From: a virus
Length of the DNA stretch: 46,168 bases
Virus genome (UHGV): UHGV-0285609
Reading direction: 5' to 3' (one strand)
How positions within the stretch are numbered: the stretch's first letter is position 1; each line of letters opens with the position of its first letter. Below the pieces are notes generated by a model. That model worked only from the letters and a program-made list of their open reading frames with translations, ran no database searches and was not told the origin of the DNA. A program made the position numbers and the translations under genes. Positions 1 to 8,373 of this stretch are shown one piece after another.

Positions 1-15
1 AATAGGAGGGTTATA

Positions 16-132
16 TGATGTATTGTAATATTTTAAGGAAAAAAGATTTGAAACCAGAAAAGAAACAGTGTTTTAAAACAAAATATGAAAACATTGTTAT
101 TGTTAAACTAAAAGGATTAAAACAGGAGTAGC
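16..132 (+). CDS. small hypothetical protein (38 aa)
   Basis: AGGAGGG RBS 8 nt upstream of ATG. Ends KLKGLKQE; the 18-nt coding segment aaactaaaaggattaaaa recurs at 249-266. Not in the ORF track (<60 aa). Confidence 0.25.
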
Positions 133-270
133 AATAAATTTTAAACGCTATACATCAATAAACAAAGCATTGTTAGATTTAGATGAGGTTGTTTATAGAA
201 CAATGGAAATACTCAAAAGAAATAACATAACATTTGAACAGTTCTATAAACTAAAAGGATTAAAATAGAT

Positions 271-295
271 AAATTTCTAAAAAGAAAATTTCTTT
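271..295. promoter_or_regulatory. perfect palindrome aaagaaaatttcttt (281-295) within aaatttct..agaaaattt inverted repeat; operator-like
   Basis: Inverted repeat read directly from sequence, about 115 bp upstream of the 410-438 promoter. Confidence 0.4.
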
Positions 296-327
296 TTGTA
301 TATATATTTATATATATATTTTTCTTT

Positions 328-373
328 ATAAAGCTATACAGCTTATATTTATAAAGCTATACAGCTTATATTT
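328..373. repeat. perfect tandem duplication of 23-bp unit ataaagctatacagcttatattt, each with internal inverted repeat aagct-N4-agctt; partial third copy 374-380
   Basis: Direct sequence inspection. Preceded by a (TA)n tract 299-320 and followed by a promoter at 410. Looks like dimeric operator or iteron sites. Confidence 0.6.
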
Positions 374-409
374 ATAAAATATATAACATAAAAAGTTTTA
401 AAATAGATA

Positions 410-438
410 TTGACATATAACAATAAATGTATTATAGT
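410..438 (+). promoter_or_regulatory. sigma70-type promoter TTGACA-17-TATAGT
   Basis: ttgaca 410-415, 17-nt spacer, tatagt 433-438. Upstream of the first early gene at 532. Confidence 0.55.
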
Positions 439-531
439 ATTAAATGTAAACAAGAGAACAGTAATATAAAACAAATAAGGAGATTAAAAACAGATTAGAA
501 GAAAACATAATAACAGGAGGATATAAAACAA

Positions 532-855
532 ATGTATACTTTTCCAACATATTGGACAGATAAGTTAAAAATAGATTTCCTACAAAGGGTTGTTTTAATA
601 CATAGTTATTTGTATTATGAAGAAGATAGTCCAAAATGGAGCGACAAAAAGTTCGATGAAGTGGCGCAACAGTTAGTAAGAGAACAAAAAGTATATTCAC
701 AGAAAACAATTAGAGTAAATACACAGTATGGATATGTTTTCTATGATTTTGATGGAACAACTGGTTTTGATTTGTTTAGTAGGCTAAATGGAATGGACAA
801 ACAGTTCATTGGTAAACTAGCAAAGGGAATTATAAAAGGTGCAATAGGGAGGTAA
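532..855 (+). CDS. hypothetical early protein; segment IHSYLYYEEDSPKWSDKKFDEVAQQL resembles the N-terminal adenylation-domain-Ia signature of NAD-dependent DNA ligases
   Basis: ORF with RBS GGAGGA upstream. Motif resemblance judged by eye only. Confidence 0.4.
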   Translation: MYTFPTYWTDKLKIDFLQRVVLIHSYLYYEEDSPKWSDKKFDEVAQQLVREQKVYSQKTIRVNTQYGYVFYDFDGTTGFDLFSRLNGMDKQFIGKLAKGIIKGAIGR

Positions 856-891
856 AACAAACATGGAACAGAACAGCACTATTCAATCTAT

Positions 892-1089
892 TTGTTAAAG
901 GAAAGGGAATGCTATGAATATGCATTGCAATGGGGCAAACTAAACTATTTAATTAATTATATAGTAAATTGTATTACTGGCAAAGAAAAGTTCAATCTAG
1001 GGGCATATATGAGCCTTAGAAAGGCTATTATGAAAAAGATGTATATAGTAGCACATTTAGAATGGGAATATGAACAAAATGAAGTATGA
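892..1089 (+). CDS. hypothetical protein
   Basis: ORF in a tightly packed + strand early gene array. Confidence 0.3.
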   Translation: MLKERECYEYALQWGKLNYLINYIVNCITGKEKFNLGAYMSLRKAIMKKMYIVAHLEWEYEQNEV

Positions 1090-1237
1090 AGAATACAATA
1101 TCACAGAAGCAGAAATAAATGATTTAAGAAAATACATGGCAGAATGTATTAAAAAACTCAATAAAGGAGTTCGTATAAATCTTAGAAATGCTATTTTAAG
1201 AAGAATAGAGTTTTTAGAATGGAGGTATAGAGATTAA
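1079..1237 (+). CDS. small hypothetical protein (52 aa)
   Basis: ATG 1079 overlaps the upstream stop (ATGA-type overlap). Its stop abuts ATG 1238 of the next gene, which suggests translational coupling. Not in the ORF track. Confidence 0.3.
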   Translation: MKYEEYNITEAEINDLRKYMAECIKKLNKGVRINLRNAILRRIEFLEWRYRD

Positions 1238-1444
1238 ATGTTAAATGGAAAAAATAACTATAGCTATGTAATAGTACAGACAGAAATAGGGTTCAAAGAC
1301 TTATTTGGAGCAGAAGAGCTAAACGAAGCTAGAAAGAATTACAGAAGTAAAAATAAACAGAAGTTGGGGTTAGGATATATAATGTACCTTGAAGCACTAA
1401 TAAAACAAAAACTAAAGGAACAGGATGGTGAAACAAATGAATAA
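1238..1444 (+). CDS. hypothetical protein
   Basis: ORF; start overlaps the previous stop. Confidence 0.35.
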   Translation: MLNGKNNYSYVIVQTEIGFKDLFGAEELNEARKNYRSKNKQKLGLGYIMYLEALIKQKLKEQDGETNE

Positions 1445-2096
1445 ACGTAGTACAAAGTGGTATAGAAAGAATGAAGCAGAAGTAATGCACAGGTTAGGTT
1501 TAAAACCTACAAAGAACAGTGGTGCCGGATGGATAGAGAAATGTGATGGAGAAAACAGGCATTTCCTTTGTGAGCTTAAAAGTACAGACCACGAGTCATT
1601 CAGTATTAAACAAAGTGTACTTCATGTATTAGAACATCATGCCTTAGAAGCTCATAAAATACCCCTATTTGCCTTTCAGTTCATTAACAGGGATGAAGTA
1701 TGGGTTGCAATAAAAGAAGAGGATATACAGGCATATAGGGAGCTTATAGAGTGTGATGTATTAAGTAAGTTAGAAGAAGAGGATGAACAATTCTTAAAAA
1801 AGTATAAAATATGCAAAAAGGGTATTGACAACCAAAGTGAAGAAGAGTATTATAAGGGGGAGAAAGAAAGAGGGGGTTCTGAAGCTGTTAGCTTCATGCC
1901 CAACACAGATAAGTTAAACAACTTAGATTCTAACTCAACAAATAGAAATAGTAATACAAAGCAGAGTATTAATGTTATAGATGTTAATAAAGTAAAACAT
2001 AACATAAATGCTAGAAATAACTATTTCAAACAAAAAGAACAGGAAAGAAGAAAACAAGAACAGAAGTTTAGAACAGAAAGGAGAAAAACAAAATAG
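1437..2096 (+). CDS. PD-(D/E)xK-type nuclease candidate (Holliday-junction-resolvase-like) with low-complexity N/K/E-rich C-terminal tail
   Basis: Motif NSGAGWIEKCDGE followed about 10 residues later by CELK, fitting a D...E-x-K arrangement. Start may be ATG 1425 or 1437 (GGATGGTG RBS favours 1437). Confidence 0.4.
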   Translation: MNKRSTKWYRKNEAEVMHRLGLKPTKNSGAGWIEKCDGENRHFLCELKSTDHESFSIKQSVLHVLEHHALEAHKIPLFAFQFINRDEVWVAIKEEDIQAYRELIECDVLSKLEEEDEQFLKKYKICKKGIDNQSEEEYYKGEKERGGSEAVSFMPNTDKLNNLDSNSTNRNSNTKQSINVIDVNKVKHNINARNNYFKQKEQERRKQEQKFRTERRKTK

Positions 2097-2482
2097 TGGA
2101 AAGAAAGTTACAACAAAAAGGTATTGCTACATTTGAGGGGTTAACTATTGGAAAAAACAAAACAGTACAAGTTAAGTTTAAACTCCGATATGATGAAATC
2201 CTAACAAGTGTAGAACTACTACAGGGATTAAACAATGATATTACATTACATGCTAAAGGTGCTACAAGTAAAGCTGTAAATCTTGGAATGTTTACCATTG
2301 GAGCAATTAACTTTGATAAAGATGGAAATGCAACAATTCCATTCAAGTCATTAGTTGAAAATGTAAACTTAGATAATATTTGTTCTTTAGTGGATGAAGA
2401 ATATATCATACTTAAATTCATGGCAGTATTAGAGTTACCAGACAACAGAGAAGAGGGAGGTGGAGAAGAATGGGAAGATTAA
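2096..2482 (+). CDS. hypothetical protein
   Basis: ORF with GGAG RBS; overlaps the previous stop. Confidence 0.4.
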   Translation: MERKLQQKGIATFEGLTIGKNKTVQVKFKLRYDEILTSVELLQGLNNDITLHAKGATSKAVNLGMFTIGAINFDKDGNATIPFKSLVENVNLDNICSLVDEEYIILKFMAVLELPDNREEGGGEEWED

Positions 2483-2760
2483 CTTTCAGAGAACTTTCCT
2501 CAAAGCGTTTTAAGGACAGGCGTAATGTTGTAATTTCAGAAGCGTACAACAGTGAAACAAACAAAGTAGGCTACAGTGTTGCGGAACAGCTTGTAACAGA
2601 AGAGGATGGAAAAGAAACAAAGGTATTTCTTAAAGGCAGTTTAGGAATCCTTGATGAAGATGGTTTAATTGCGTTGCTTGACTGTGTTTTAGAAGCATGT
2701 GAAGCAGTTGGACTTGTAGAACATGCAGAAACATGTGAGTGTGAAGCAGAAAAAGAATAA
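2470..2760 (+). CDS. hypothetical acidic protein
   Basis: ORF with GGAGGTGGAG RBS; E/C-rich C-terminus. Confidence 0.4.
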   Translation: MGRLTFRELSSKRFKDRRNVVISEAYNSETNKVGYSVAEQLVTEEDGKETKVFLKGSLGILDEDGLIALLDCVLEACEAVGLVEHAETCECEAEKE

Positions 2761-2779
2761 AATAAATGTTGTTTTAATG

Positions 2780-2808
2780 TTGACAAAAACAAAAATATAT
2801 GTTAATAT
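2780..2808 (+). promoter_or_regulatory. sigma70-type promoter TTGACA-17-TAATAT
   Basis: ttgaca 2780-2785, taatat 2803-2808. Confidence 0.5.
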
Positions 2809-2869
2809 TTAAGAGTAAACAAAAGAACAAATTCAGAAAACAAAGTGAAAGAGAAAAGGAGAAAGAAAA

Positions 2870-3565
2870 ATGGCAAAGAATTGGACAGCTTATGAAGCGG
2901 CAAAGGAAATTATTGAGGGAAAGAACAAAGAAAACATCTGTGAGATTGGTTCACGTTATCCAATGCTTACAAGAGAGGTAGCAGTTGCGGGAGATAAAAT
3001 CCTTGTAATTCTTAAAGCACTTCCAAAGGTAACAGCAAGAGTTCTTGAAACAGGACTTAAAGATGGTGTAGAAATGAATGAGCCAGAGACAGAAGAGGAA
3101 ACAAAAGAAGCTGAAACAGAAGTAGAGGACGAGGATTTTGATTATACAGATATGACAGCGGCAAATCTTTACAAGATGTGCTGTGCAAGAGGAATTTCCT
3201 CTAAGTGTAAATCAAGAAAGAAAGATGCACTGATTGAACTTCTTGAAAAGTTTGACAGAGGTGAACTCGATGAGGAAGAGCCTAAGAAAGAAACAAAGAA
3301 AGCTAAAGCAACATCAAAGAAACAGGCTAAGAAAGAGGAAGAACCAGTTGACGAAGATGATGATTGGGATACAGAGGATGATGAAGAAAAAGACCCATAT
3401 GAGGGTAAAACAGCAATGGAGCTTTTCAAAATGTGTAAAGAGCGTGGCATCAAAGCAAAAACAAAGATGAAAGCAGATGCTTATGTAAAACTTCTGAAAG
3501 CCGCTGATGCAGAGTCCGAAGCAGAAGAAGCAGAGGATGATGAAGATGATGACTGGGAAATCTAA
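2870..3565 (+). CDS. highly acidic protein with two Rho-N/SAP-like HeH motifs and D/E-rich tails ending DDDWEI; its C-terminal module is paralogous to the C-terminus of the SSB at 37258-38061
   Basis: Motifs AANLYKMCCARGISSKCKSRKKDALIELLEKF and AMELFKMCKERGIKAKTKMKADAYVKLLKAA. The last 50 aa align with the SSB C-terminus at protein level and over roughly 75 percent of about 50 nt at DNA level. Confidence 0.5.
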   Translation: MAKNWTAYEAAKEIIEGKNKENICEIGSRYPMLTREVAVAGDKILVILKALPKVTARVLETGLKDGVEMNEPETEEETKEAETEVEDEDFDYTDMTAANLYKMCCARGISSKCKSRKKDALIELLEKFDRGELDEEEPKKETKKAKATSKKQAKKEEEPVDEDDDWDTEDDEEKDPYEGKTAMELFKMCKERGIKAKTKMKADAYVKLLKAADAESEAEEAEDDEDDDWEI

Positions 3566-3605
3566 AACAAACAAATAAAATAAACGTTGCATAGATGTTG
3601 ATAAA

Positions 3606-3645
3606 AGGCAGGAGGTAGGAAGTATTCTATTTCTTGCCTTTTTTA
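3606..3645 (+). terminator. rho-independent terminator candidate (ggcagga...tcttgcc stem followed by T6)
   Basis: Hairpin plus T-run right after the 3565 stop. Confidence 0.4.
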
Positions 3646-3662
3646 ATTAAGGGGAACAAAAC

Positions 3663-4058
3663 ATGAAAACAGAAGAGATTTTAAACCTAGATTGTACAAA
3701 ACAGGAGAATATAAAAATACTAAACAATTTCCTTTGGAAAGTAAAGCCAGTTGCAAAGATGCTTGAAAAACAAAACTATACAAAAACAGAGATTGCACCA
3801 CTTGAAATATTAGAAAAAGCAATGCAAGGAATTTGTATAAGATATAACTACAGAACACAGAGTTTTATGCCATATTATGAACAACTTAATGAAACAAGAA
3901 AGTTTGTATTCTACTCATGTTGTTGTATAAAAGTAAGAGAAAAGCATGATTGGATTGGAACAGTGTATGGTAAAACATTATGGGAGTTAGTTGCAAAGAT
4001 TATTGTAAAGATATATGCAGATATTAAAGCAGATGCAAAGAAAGGAACAAATGAATGA
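3663..4058 (+). CDS. hypothetical protein
   Basis: ORF with GGGGAAC RBS region. Confidence 0.4.
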   Translation: MKTEEILNLDCTKQENIKILNNFLWKVKPVAKMLEKQNYTKTEIAPLEILEKAMQGICIRYNYRTQSFMPYYEQLNETRKFVFYSCCCIKVREKHDWIGTVYGKTLWELVAKIIVKIYADIKADAKKGTNE

Positions 4059-4522
4059 AAGAACTGATATTTTATACAGACGGTGCTTGTAGTGGAAACC
4101 CGGGTATAGGTGGATGGAGCTATGTGGAGCTTGTAAAGTGTGACAGCGGATTCAAAACAAGTGTAACAAAGGGAAACAAACGAAACACAACAAACAATGA
4201 AATGGAATTAACAGCAGTATATATGGCATTAGTAAAAGCCTTTAAGAGTAAAGCAAAAAAGGTGACAGTGTATTGTGATAGTGCATATGTTGTGAATGCT
4301 ATAGTAAAAGGGTGGCTTTTAAACTGGTATAAGAATGGATGGAAAACAAAAGAAGATAAGCCGATAAAGAACAAACAAATATGGGAAAAGATGTTCAAGC
4401 TTGTATATGAGAAGAAAATGGTCATAAACATGGTACATATAAAAGGACATAATGGTGACCCATTAAATGAACTTGCAGATAGAAGTGCAGTAGAAGCAAA
4501 ACAGGAGTTGTCGGAGGATTAA
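4055..4522 (+). CDS. rnhA: ribonuclease H (RNase HI family)
   Basis: FYTDGACSGNPGIGGWSY, TNNEMELTAV, CDSAYVVNAI, GWKTKEDKPIKNKQIW and KGHNGDPLNELAD match conserved RNase HI motifs, including the D-E-D-D catalytic residues. Confidence 0.85.
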   Translation: MKELIFYTDGACSGNPGIGGWSYVELVKCDSGFKTSVTKGNKRNTTNNEMELTAVYMALVKAFKSKAKKVTVYCDSAYVVNAIVKGWLLNWYKNGWKTKEDKPIKNKQIWEKMFKLVYEKKMVINMVHIKGHNGDPLNELADRSAVEAKQELSED

Positions 4523-4526
4523 AGCC

Positions 4527-4907
4527 ATGTTAATAGCAGAAAAGATTATAAGTAAACAGTTTAAAGCTAAAACAATGAAACAGGCATACCTTGAATGCTG
4601 TAAATGGATATCAACAAACATTATAGCAAAGAACAATTCTAAAAACATAAGCTACAACATAAAGAAAAATGAAAGTAATGGAATTGGTTGTGTAGAATTA
4701 GAAGTGTATGTATTTACAGATGAAAAAGAAGTGTTTGAGCATAATTGTGAGATATGCAAAGAGTTTGCTGGGGCGTTCTTCAACAAAGAAAACAAATACA
4801 GATGTGAAGTATGCAAAACTCCACCATATAGAAAAAGGCTTGAAACAAAATTGGAAACATTAAAGAATGGAATGGGTGATTTTATGAAAGGATTAAAGAA
4901 GCTATGA
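4527..4907 (+). CDS. zinc-ribbon protein (CxxC...CxxC)
   Basis: CEICKEF...CEVCKT motifs. Confidence 0.4.
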   Translation: MLIAEKIISKQFKAKTMKQAYLECCKWISTNIIAKNNSKNISYNIKKNESNGIGCVELEVYVFTDEKEVFEHNCEICKEFAGAFFNKENKYRCEVCKTPPYRKRLETKLETLKNGMGDFMKGLKKL

Positions 4908-5278
4908 AGAAGTTATTTGAAGCAGTAGGGAGTTCTTTCAATGAAACTATTGTACAGGCTCGTAATTGGCTTGTAGGGCATTTTGAAGAACTTATATGTA
5001 TTATTTATATCATACTCCCATATGTGCTGATAAAAAGCCATATAGGGGCATTAGAAAGCATTGTAGTAACATTGGTTGTAGTATTCATATTAAATTTTAT
5101 AACAAAAGTAAAGCGTAAGCTAAAGAATGAAACAAAAGAGGGCTTTCCAATATCAGAATACAGGTACACAGTAAAAGACACAGATGGTATTGTTAGTATA
5201 AATGAACAGGATACACAGGAAGCAATATTGTATTTATGTGATGTGGAAGATTATTTAAGAAGAAAAGGGTTGATATAA
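4904..5278 (+). CDS. small membrane protein (two predicted TM helices)
   Basis: Hydrophobic stretches IILPYVLI and VVTLVVVFILNFI. Confidence 0.4.
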   Translation: MKKLFEAVGSSFNETIVQARNWLVGHFEELICIIYIILPYVLIKSHIGALESIVVTLVVVFILNFITKVKRKLKNETKEGFPISEYRYTVKDTDGIVSINEQDTQEAILYLCDVEDYLRRKGLI

Positions 5279-5451
5279 TGTTACACAGTCCATGTAAGAA
5301 TTGTGAAGAAAGAATATTACATTGCCATGGAACATGTAGTAAGTATATGGAATATTACAAAGCAAATGAAAAGGTGAAAGCAGAAAGAATAAAAGCTAAG
5401 AAAGAAAGAGACTTACTTTTTAGGCAAAACAAACAAAGGAAAAATAAATAA
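5278..5451 (+). CDS. small Cys/His-rich zinc-finger protein (57 aa)
   Basis: CKNCEERILHCHGTC with a K/R-rich tail. The ATG overlaps the previous stop. Not in the ORF track. Confidence 0.35.
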   Translation: MLHSPCKNCEERILHCHGTCSKYMEYYKANEKVKAERIKAKKERDLLFRQNKQRKNK

Positions 5452-5497
5452 AAGTAAAATAAATTAAATTTTACATTGCATAAAATATGATTTTGTT

Positions 5498-5526
5498 ATT
5501 GACAAATAGATAGTAACATGCTATAA
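5498..5526 (+). promoter_or_regulatory. consensus sigma70 promoter TTGACA-17-TATAAT
   Basis: ttgaca 5498-5503, tataat 5521-5526. Followed by an ORF-free leader of about 300 nt before the next gene at 5827. Confidence 0.6.
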
Positions 5527-5826
5527 TAAAATGGAACTAAGGAAATATTCTAGGATAGGAATGTATAAGTAACAGCCATAAATGTTAGCCAAAATATAAA
5601 TAGATAAAAACAGTGGACGTATAAAACAAAATAATAAAAAGCCATGTTTGTACTTATAAAATAATTTCGTTCATATATACAAAAACCTCGTATACTTGAT
5701 TAGTTTTATATGTTTACTGTTTTTATATAAAAAGAAATATTGGTGAGGGAGAAGCAAAACAAAGCGAATTTCCTTGCCTTATTTGATATTATGGAACAAA
5801 AAGTAAAAGGAGTGTGAACAGAAAGG

Positions 5827-6351
5827 ATGGCAACAAACACGAAGTCACCAAAGATATTACGTAGTGGAGTAGAAAATCTAATCCCTATGAATGAAAGAAC
5901 ACCAGAAGATAGAAAGAGAATAACACAGCTTGGAGTAGAAGCAAGAAAAAAGAAACGTGATGAAAAAATGGCATTACAGCAATCCATGAAAGCATTACTC
6001 ACAATGGATATAACAACACAAAAACAAAAACAAGTTTTAATGCACATGGGTTTCAAAAGGGGTGAACTAACAAACCAAAACTTATTAATGGTAGCATTGT
6101 TTAAAAAAGGTTTAACCGGTGATGTAGGAGCAATCAAAGAAATTGTTTCAATGATGGATAAATTAGATATGTTCAAACAAACAGGTAAAGTGCAGAATGA
6201 AGTAACAATCAACCTCATAACACAGGGTGGTGTATATGAACCAAACAAACAGGATGATGAAGAAATCTGGAATGCAGAAAATGGAACAGATTGGCTTGAA
6301 GAAGAAAGCGAAGAGGAAGAATGGGGAAATGATGTATATGATGGCAAATAA
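5827..6351 (+). CDS. hypothetical protein with basic N-terminus and acidic tail (possible DNA-binding or terminase-small-subunit-like; unassigned)
   Basis: ORF with AAAGGAG RBS. No diagnostic motif. Confidence 0.4.
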   Translation: MATNTKSPKILRSGVENLIPMNERTPEDRKRITQLGVEARKKKRDEKMALQQSMKALLTMDITTQKQKQVLMHMGFKRGELTNQNLLMVALFKKGLTGDVGAIKEIVSMMDKLDMFKQTGKVQNEVTINLITQGGVYEPNKQDDEEIWNAENGTDWLEEESEEEEWGNDVYDGK

Positions 6352-6438
6352 GCCTATACAAGCGTTTTAAATCATTAACCTTATAAAGTATAAGCTATAT
6401 AAATAAAATGGCTAGAAAAGGCAGATAGGAGGGTTATA

Positions 6439-6714
6439 ATGGGTATTGCTGAAAAAACATATAGTAAGGCAAAAGAAGAATTAGAACAAATGCAAAACCT
6501 AAGTTCAGATATAGAAGATGAAAAACAAAGTAAGTACTTAGTAGTATATACAAAGTTAGATGATTTCGGAAAAGAAACAGAACAAATAAATACAACATTG
6601 TGTTATGCACAAAACATACAGGAAGCAAAACACAAAGCAGTATTATTACTGTCATTAAAAAATTGTAAGGTTAAAAGTGTAAAATATATGGGTAAATTAT
6701 TAAGCTATATGTAA
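6439..6714 (+). CDS. hypothetical protein
   Basis: ORF with AGGAGGG RBS. Confidence 0.4.
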   Translation: MGIAEKTYSKAKEELEQMQNLSSDIEDEKQSKYLVVYTKLDDFGKETEQINTTLCYAQNIQEAKHKAVLLLSLKNCKVKSVKYMGKLLSYM

Positions 6715-6723
6715 GTAAAATAA

Positions 6724-6856
6724 ATAGAACACCATGTGAATAATAAAAAGCTATATAGTAAAACATAGAACAAACGTGTAACAGAACAAATGCAAGCACA
6801 ACAAAGATATATAGAACATATATATAATAAAACATAGAAAGGATAGAAGAACATGG
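6724..6856. repeat. dispersed repeats of (C)ATAGAAC(A) motif (6724, 6764, 6782 variant, 6811, 6833, 6843 variant)
   Basis: Direct inspection of the intergenic region upstream of the ParB-like gene. Confidence 0.4.
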
Positions 6857-7476
6857 AAGAACTAAACATAGTTTATAAACCAATAAAAGAACTAAAACCA
6901 TATAAGAAGAACGCAAAGAAACATAGTAAAGAACAAGTAGAACAAATAGCAAACAGTATTAAAGAGTTTGGCTTTACACAGCCAGTAATTATTGATAAAC
7001 ATAACAGTGTAGTAGCTGGACATGGAAGAATACTAGGAGCAAAGAAAGCAGGACTAAAACAAGTACCAACAGTTTGTTTAGAAGATTTAACAGAAGAACA
7101 AATAAAAGCATACAGGCTAGTAGATAACAAACTGAATGAAAGTGAATGGGATTCAGATTTATTAAAACAGAGCTTAGATGAAATAGCAGAAATGGATATG
7201 GAAGTATTCGGATTCGCAATGGATTCATTAGCAGATGAAGAATTAGAAATAGAACCAGAAGTACCATTCACAGAAATATTGAATGAAGAAAATAATTACA
7301 TTGTTTTAAAGTTTGATAACAAGGTGGATTGGATAAATGCACTTGGAGTGTTAGGTATTGAAAAAGTAAAAGCATTCCCAACAAAGAAGAATGGAAACAA
7401 GGAAACATTCGGAGAAAGAGCGGGAGTTGGAAGAGTAATAGATGGTGTTAAGGTATTGGAGAAGATGGAAGAATGA
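6853..7476 (+). CDS. ParB-like nuclease (ParBc) domain protein
   Basis: VVAGHGRILGAKKAGLKQVPTV matches the ParB N-terminal box (GxxR...A...vP). Confidence 0.7.
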   Translation: MEELNIVYKPIKELKPYKKNAKKHSKEQVEQIANSIKEFGFTQPVIIDKHNSVVAGHGRILGAKKAGLKQVPTVCLEDLTEEQIKAYRLVDNKLNESEWDSDLLKQSLDEIAEMDMEVFGFAMDSLADEELEIEPEVPFTEILNEENNYIVLKFDNKVDWINALGVLGIEKVKAFPTKKNGNKETFGERAGVGRVIDGVKVLEKMEE

Positions 7477-8282
7477 AATACAAAGATAAAGAAATTGTTA
7501 TAGTGTGTCCATCATATAAAAGACCTGTTGTTGAAACATTAAAATATATTCCTTTTTGCAAAGTATATGTTTCGCCAGAAGAATATAAAACATATTTAGA
7601 GTTTAACCCCAAACATAAAGAAAACATTGTTAAGTGTAAGAAAGGTATACAAGGAAATCTGTGTAGAGTAAGAAATTATATCCTTGATGAAGAATTTAAT
7701 CATGGTGCTGATATAGTCCTTATTATAGATGATGATTTACGGTGTATAGAGCATTTTGAAATGTCAGAGGATAAAAGTTATGCGTATGAAAAAGTAAAGC
7801 TGAAATCAGCGGATATATTAGATTTCATATATCGTTATTCATTGTTATGTGAAGAATGGGGTTTTAAGTTTTGGGGAATAAATTGTAACAGTGATACAAT
7901 GAGTTATAGGCAGTATTCACCGTTCAGTACTACAAGTTATATAGGAGGTTCATTTCAGTGTTTTATAAAGGGTAATGAGCTAAGATATGATGAAATGCTA
8001 CCTTTGAAAGAAGATTATGACATGACGTTGCAGAACATGAATAAGTATCGTGGAGCATTGAGAGTTAATAAATACTATTATGTTTGTAGGCAATCAGAAC
8101 AAAAAGGTGGATGCGCAATTTATAGAAACATGGAAAAGGAAAAAGAACAGTTTGAATTGTTACAAAAGAAATGGGGAAGTAATATAGTGAGATTGGACAC
8201 AAGTAATAAAGGAAGAAGCAAGAAGAACAGGAAATATATTGATTATAACCCAATTATAAAAATACCAATAAAAGGAATTTAA
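7473..8282 (+). CDS. hypothetical protein with possible GT-A-like DxD motif (IVLIIDDDL)
   Basis: Overlaps the ParB-like gene stop, so likely co-translated. The glycosyltransferase-like reading is speculative. Confidence 0.35.
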   Translation: MKYKDKEIVIVCPSYKRPVVETLKYIPFCKVYVSPEEYKTYLEFNPKHKENIVKCKKGIQGNLCRVRNYILDEEFNHGADIVLIIDDDLRCIEHFEMSEDKSYAYEKVKLKSADILDFIYRYSLLCEEWGFKFWGINCNSDTMSYRQYSPFSTTSYIGGSFQCFIKGNELRYDEMLPLKEDYDMTLQNMNKYRGALRVNKYYYVCRQSEQKGGCAIYRNMEKEKEQFELLQKKWGSNIVRLDTSNKGRSKKNRKYIDYNPIIKIPIKGI

Positions 8283-8310
8283 GCACCCTAAAATGAGTGC
8301 TTATTTTATT
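8281..8310 (+). terminator. rho-independent terminator candidate (aagcac...gtgctt plus AT/T-run)
   Basis: Hairpin immediately after the 8282 stop. Confidence 0.4.
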
Positions 8311-8345
8311 ATATAAATAAATATAAAATATTATATAAAAACATA

Positions 8346-8373
8346 TTGACATTCTGTTATATTGTGTTATAAT
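8346..8373 (+). promoter_or_regulatory. sigma70 promoter TTGACA-16-TATAAT upstream of the tRNA cluster
   Basis: ttgaca 8346-8351, tataat 8368-8373. Confidence 0.55.

Noticed and set aside
106-266. 18-nt direct repeat aaactaaaaggattaaaa (106-123 and 249-266)
   Set aside because: Both copies lie at the 3' ends of tiny overlapping ORFs (KLKGLK). Probably a small duplicated coding fragment, so the significance is unclear and it is not called as a feature.
3234-3470. + strand K/R-rich 78-aa ORF overlapping the acidic protein gene in another frame
   Set aside because: Alternate-frame reading of GA-rich (E/D/K codon) DNA; no independent start signals.
5706-6347. 213-aa minus-strand ORF
   Set aside because: Fully antisense to the + strand gene 5827-6351, with S/F/L-rich low-complexity translation typical of reverse-frame artefacts in AT-rich coding DNA. 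No RBS, and every neighbouring gene is on +.
5827-6351. Terminase small subunit assignment
   Set aside because: Basic N-terminus is compatible, but the gene is 3 kb and five genes away from terL and lacks recognisable TerS motifs. Left as hypothetical.
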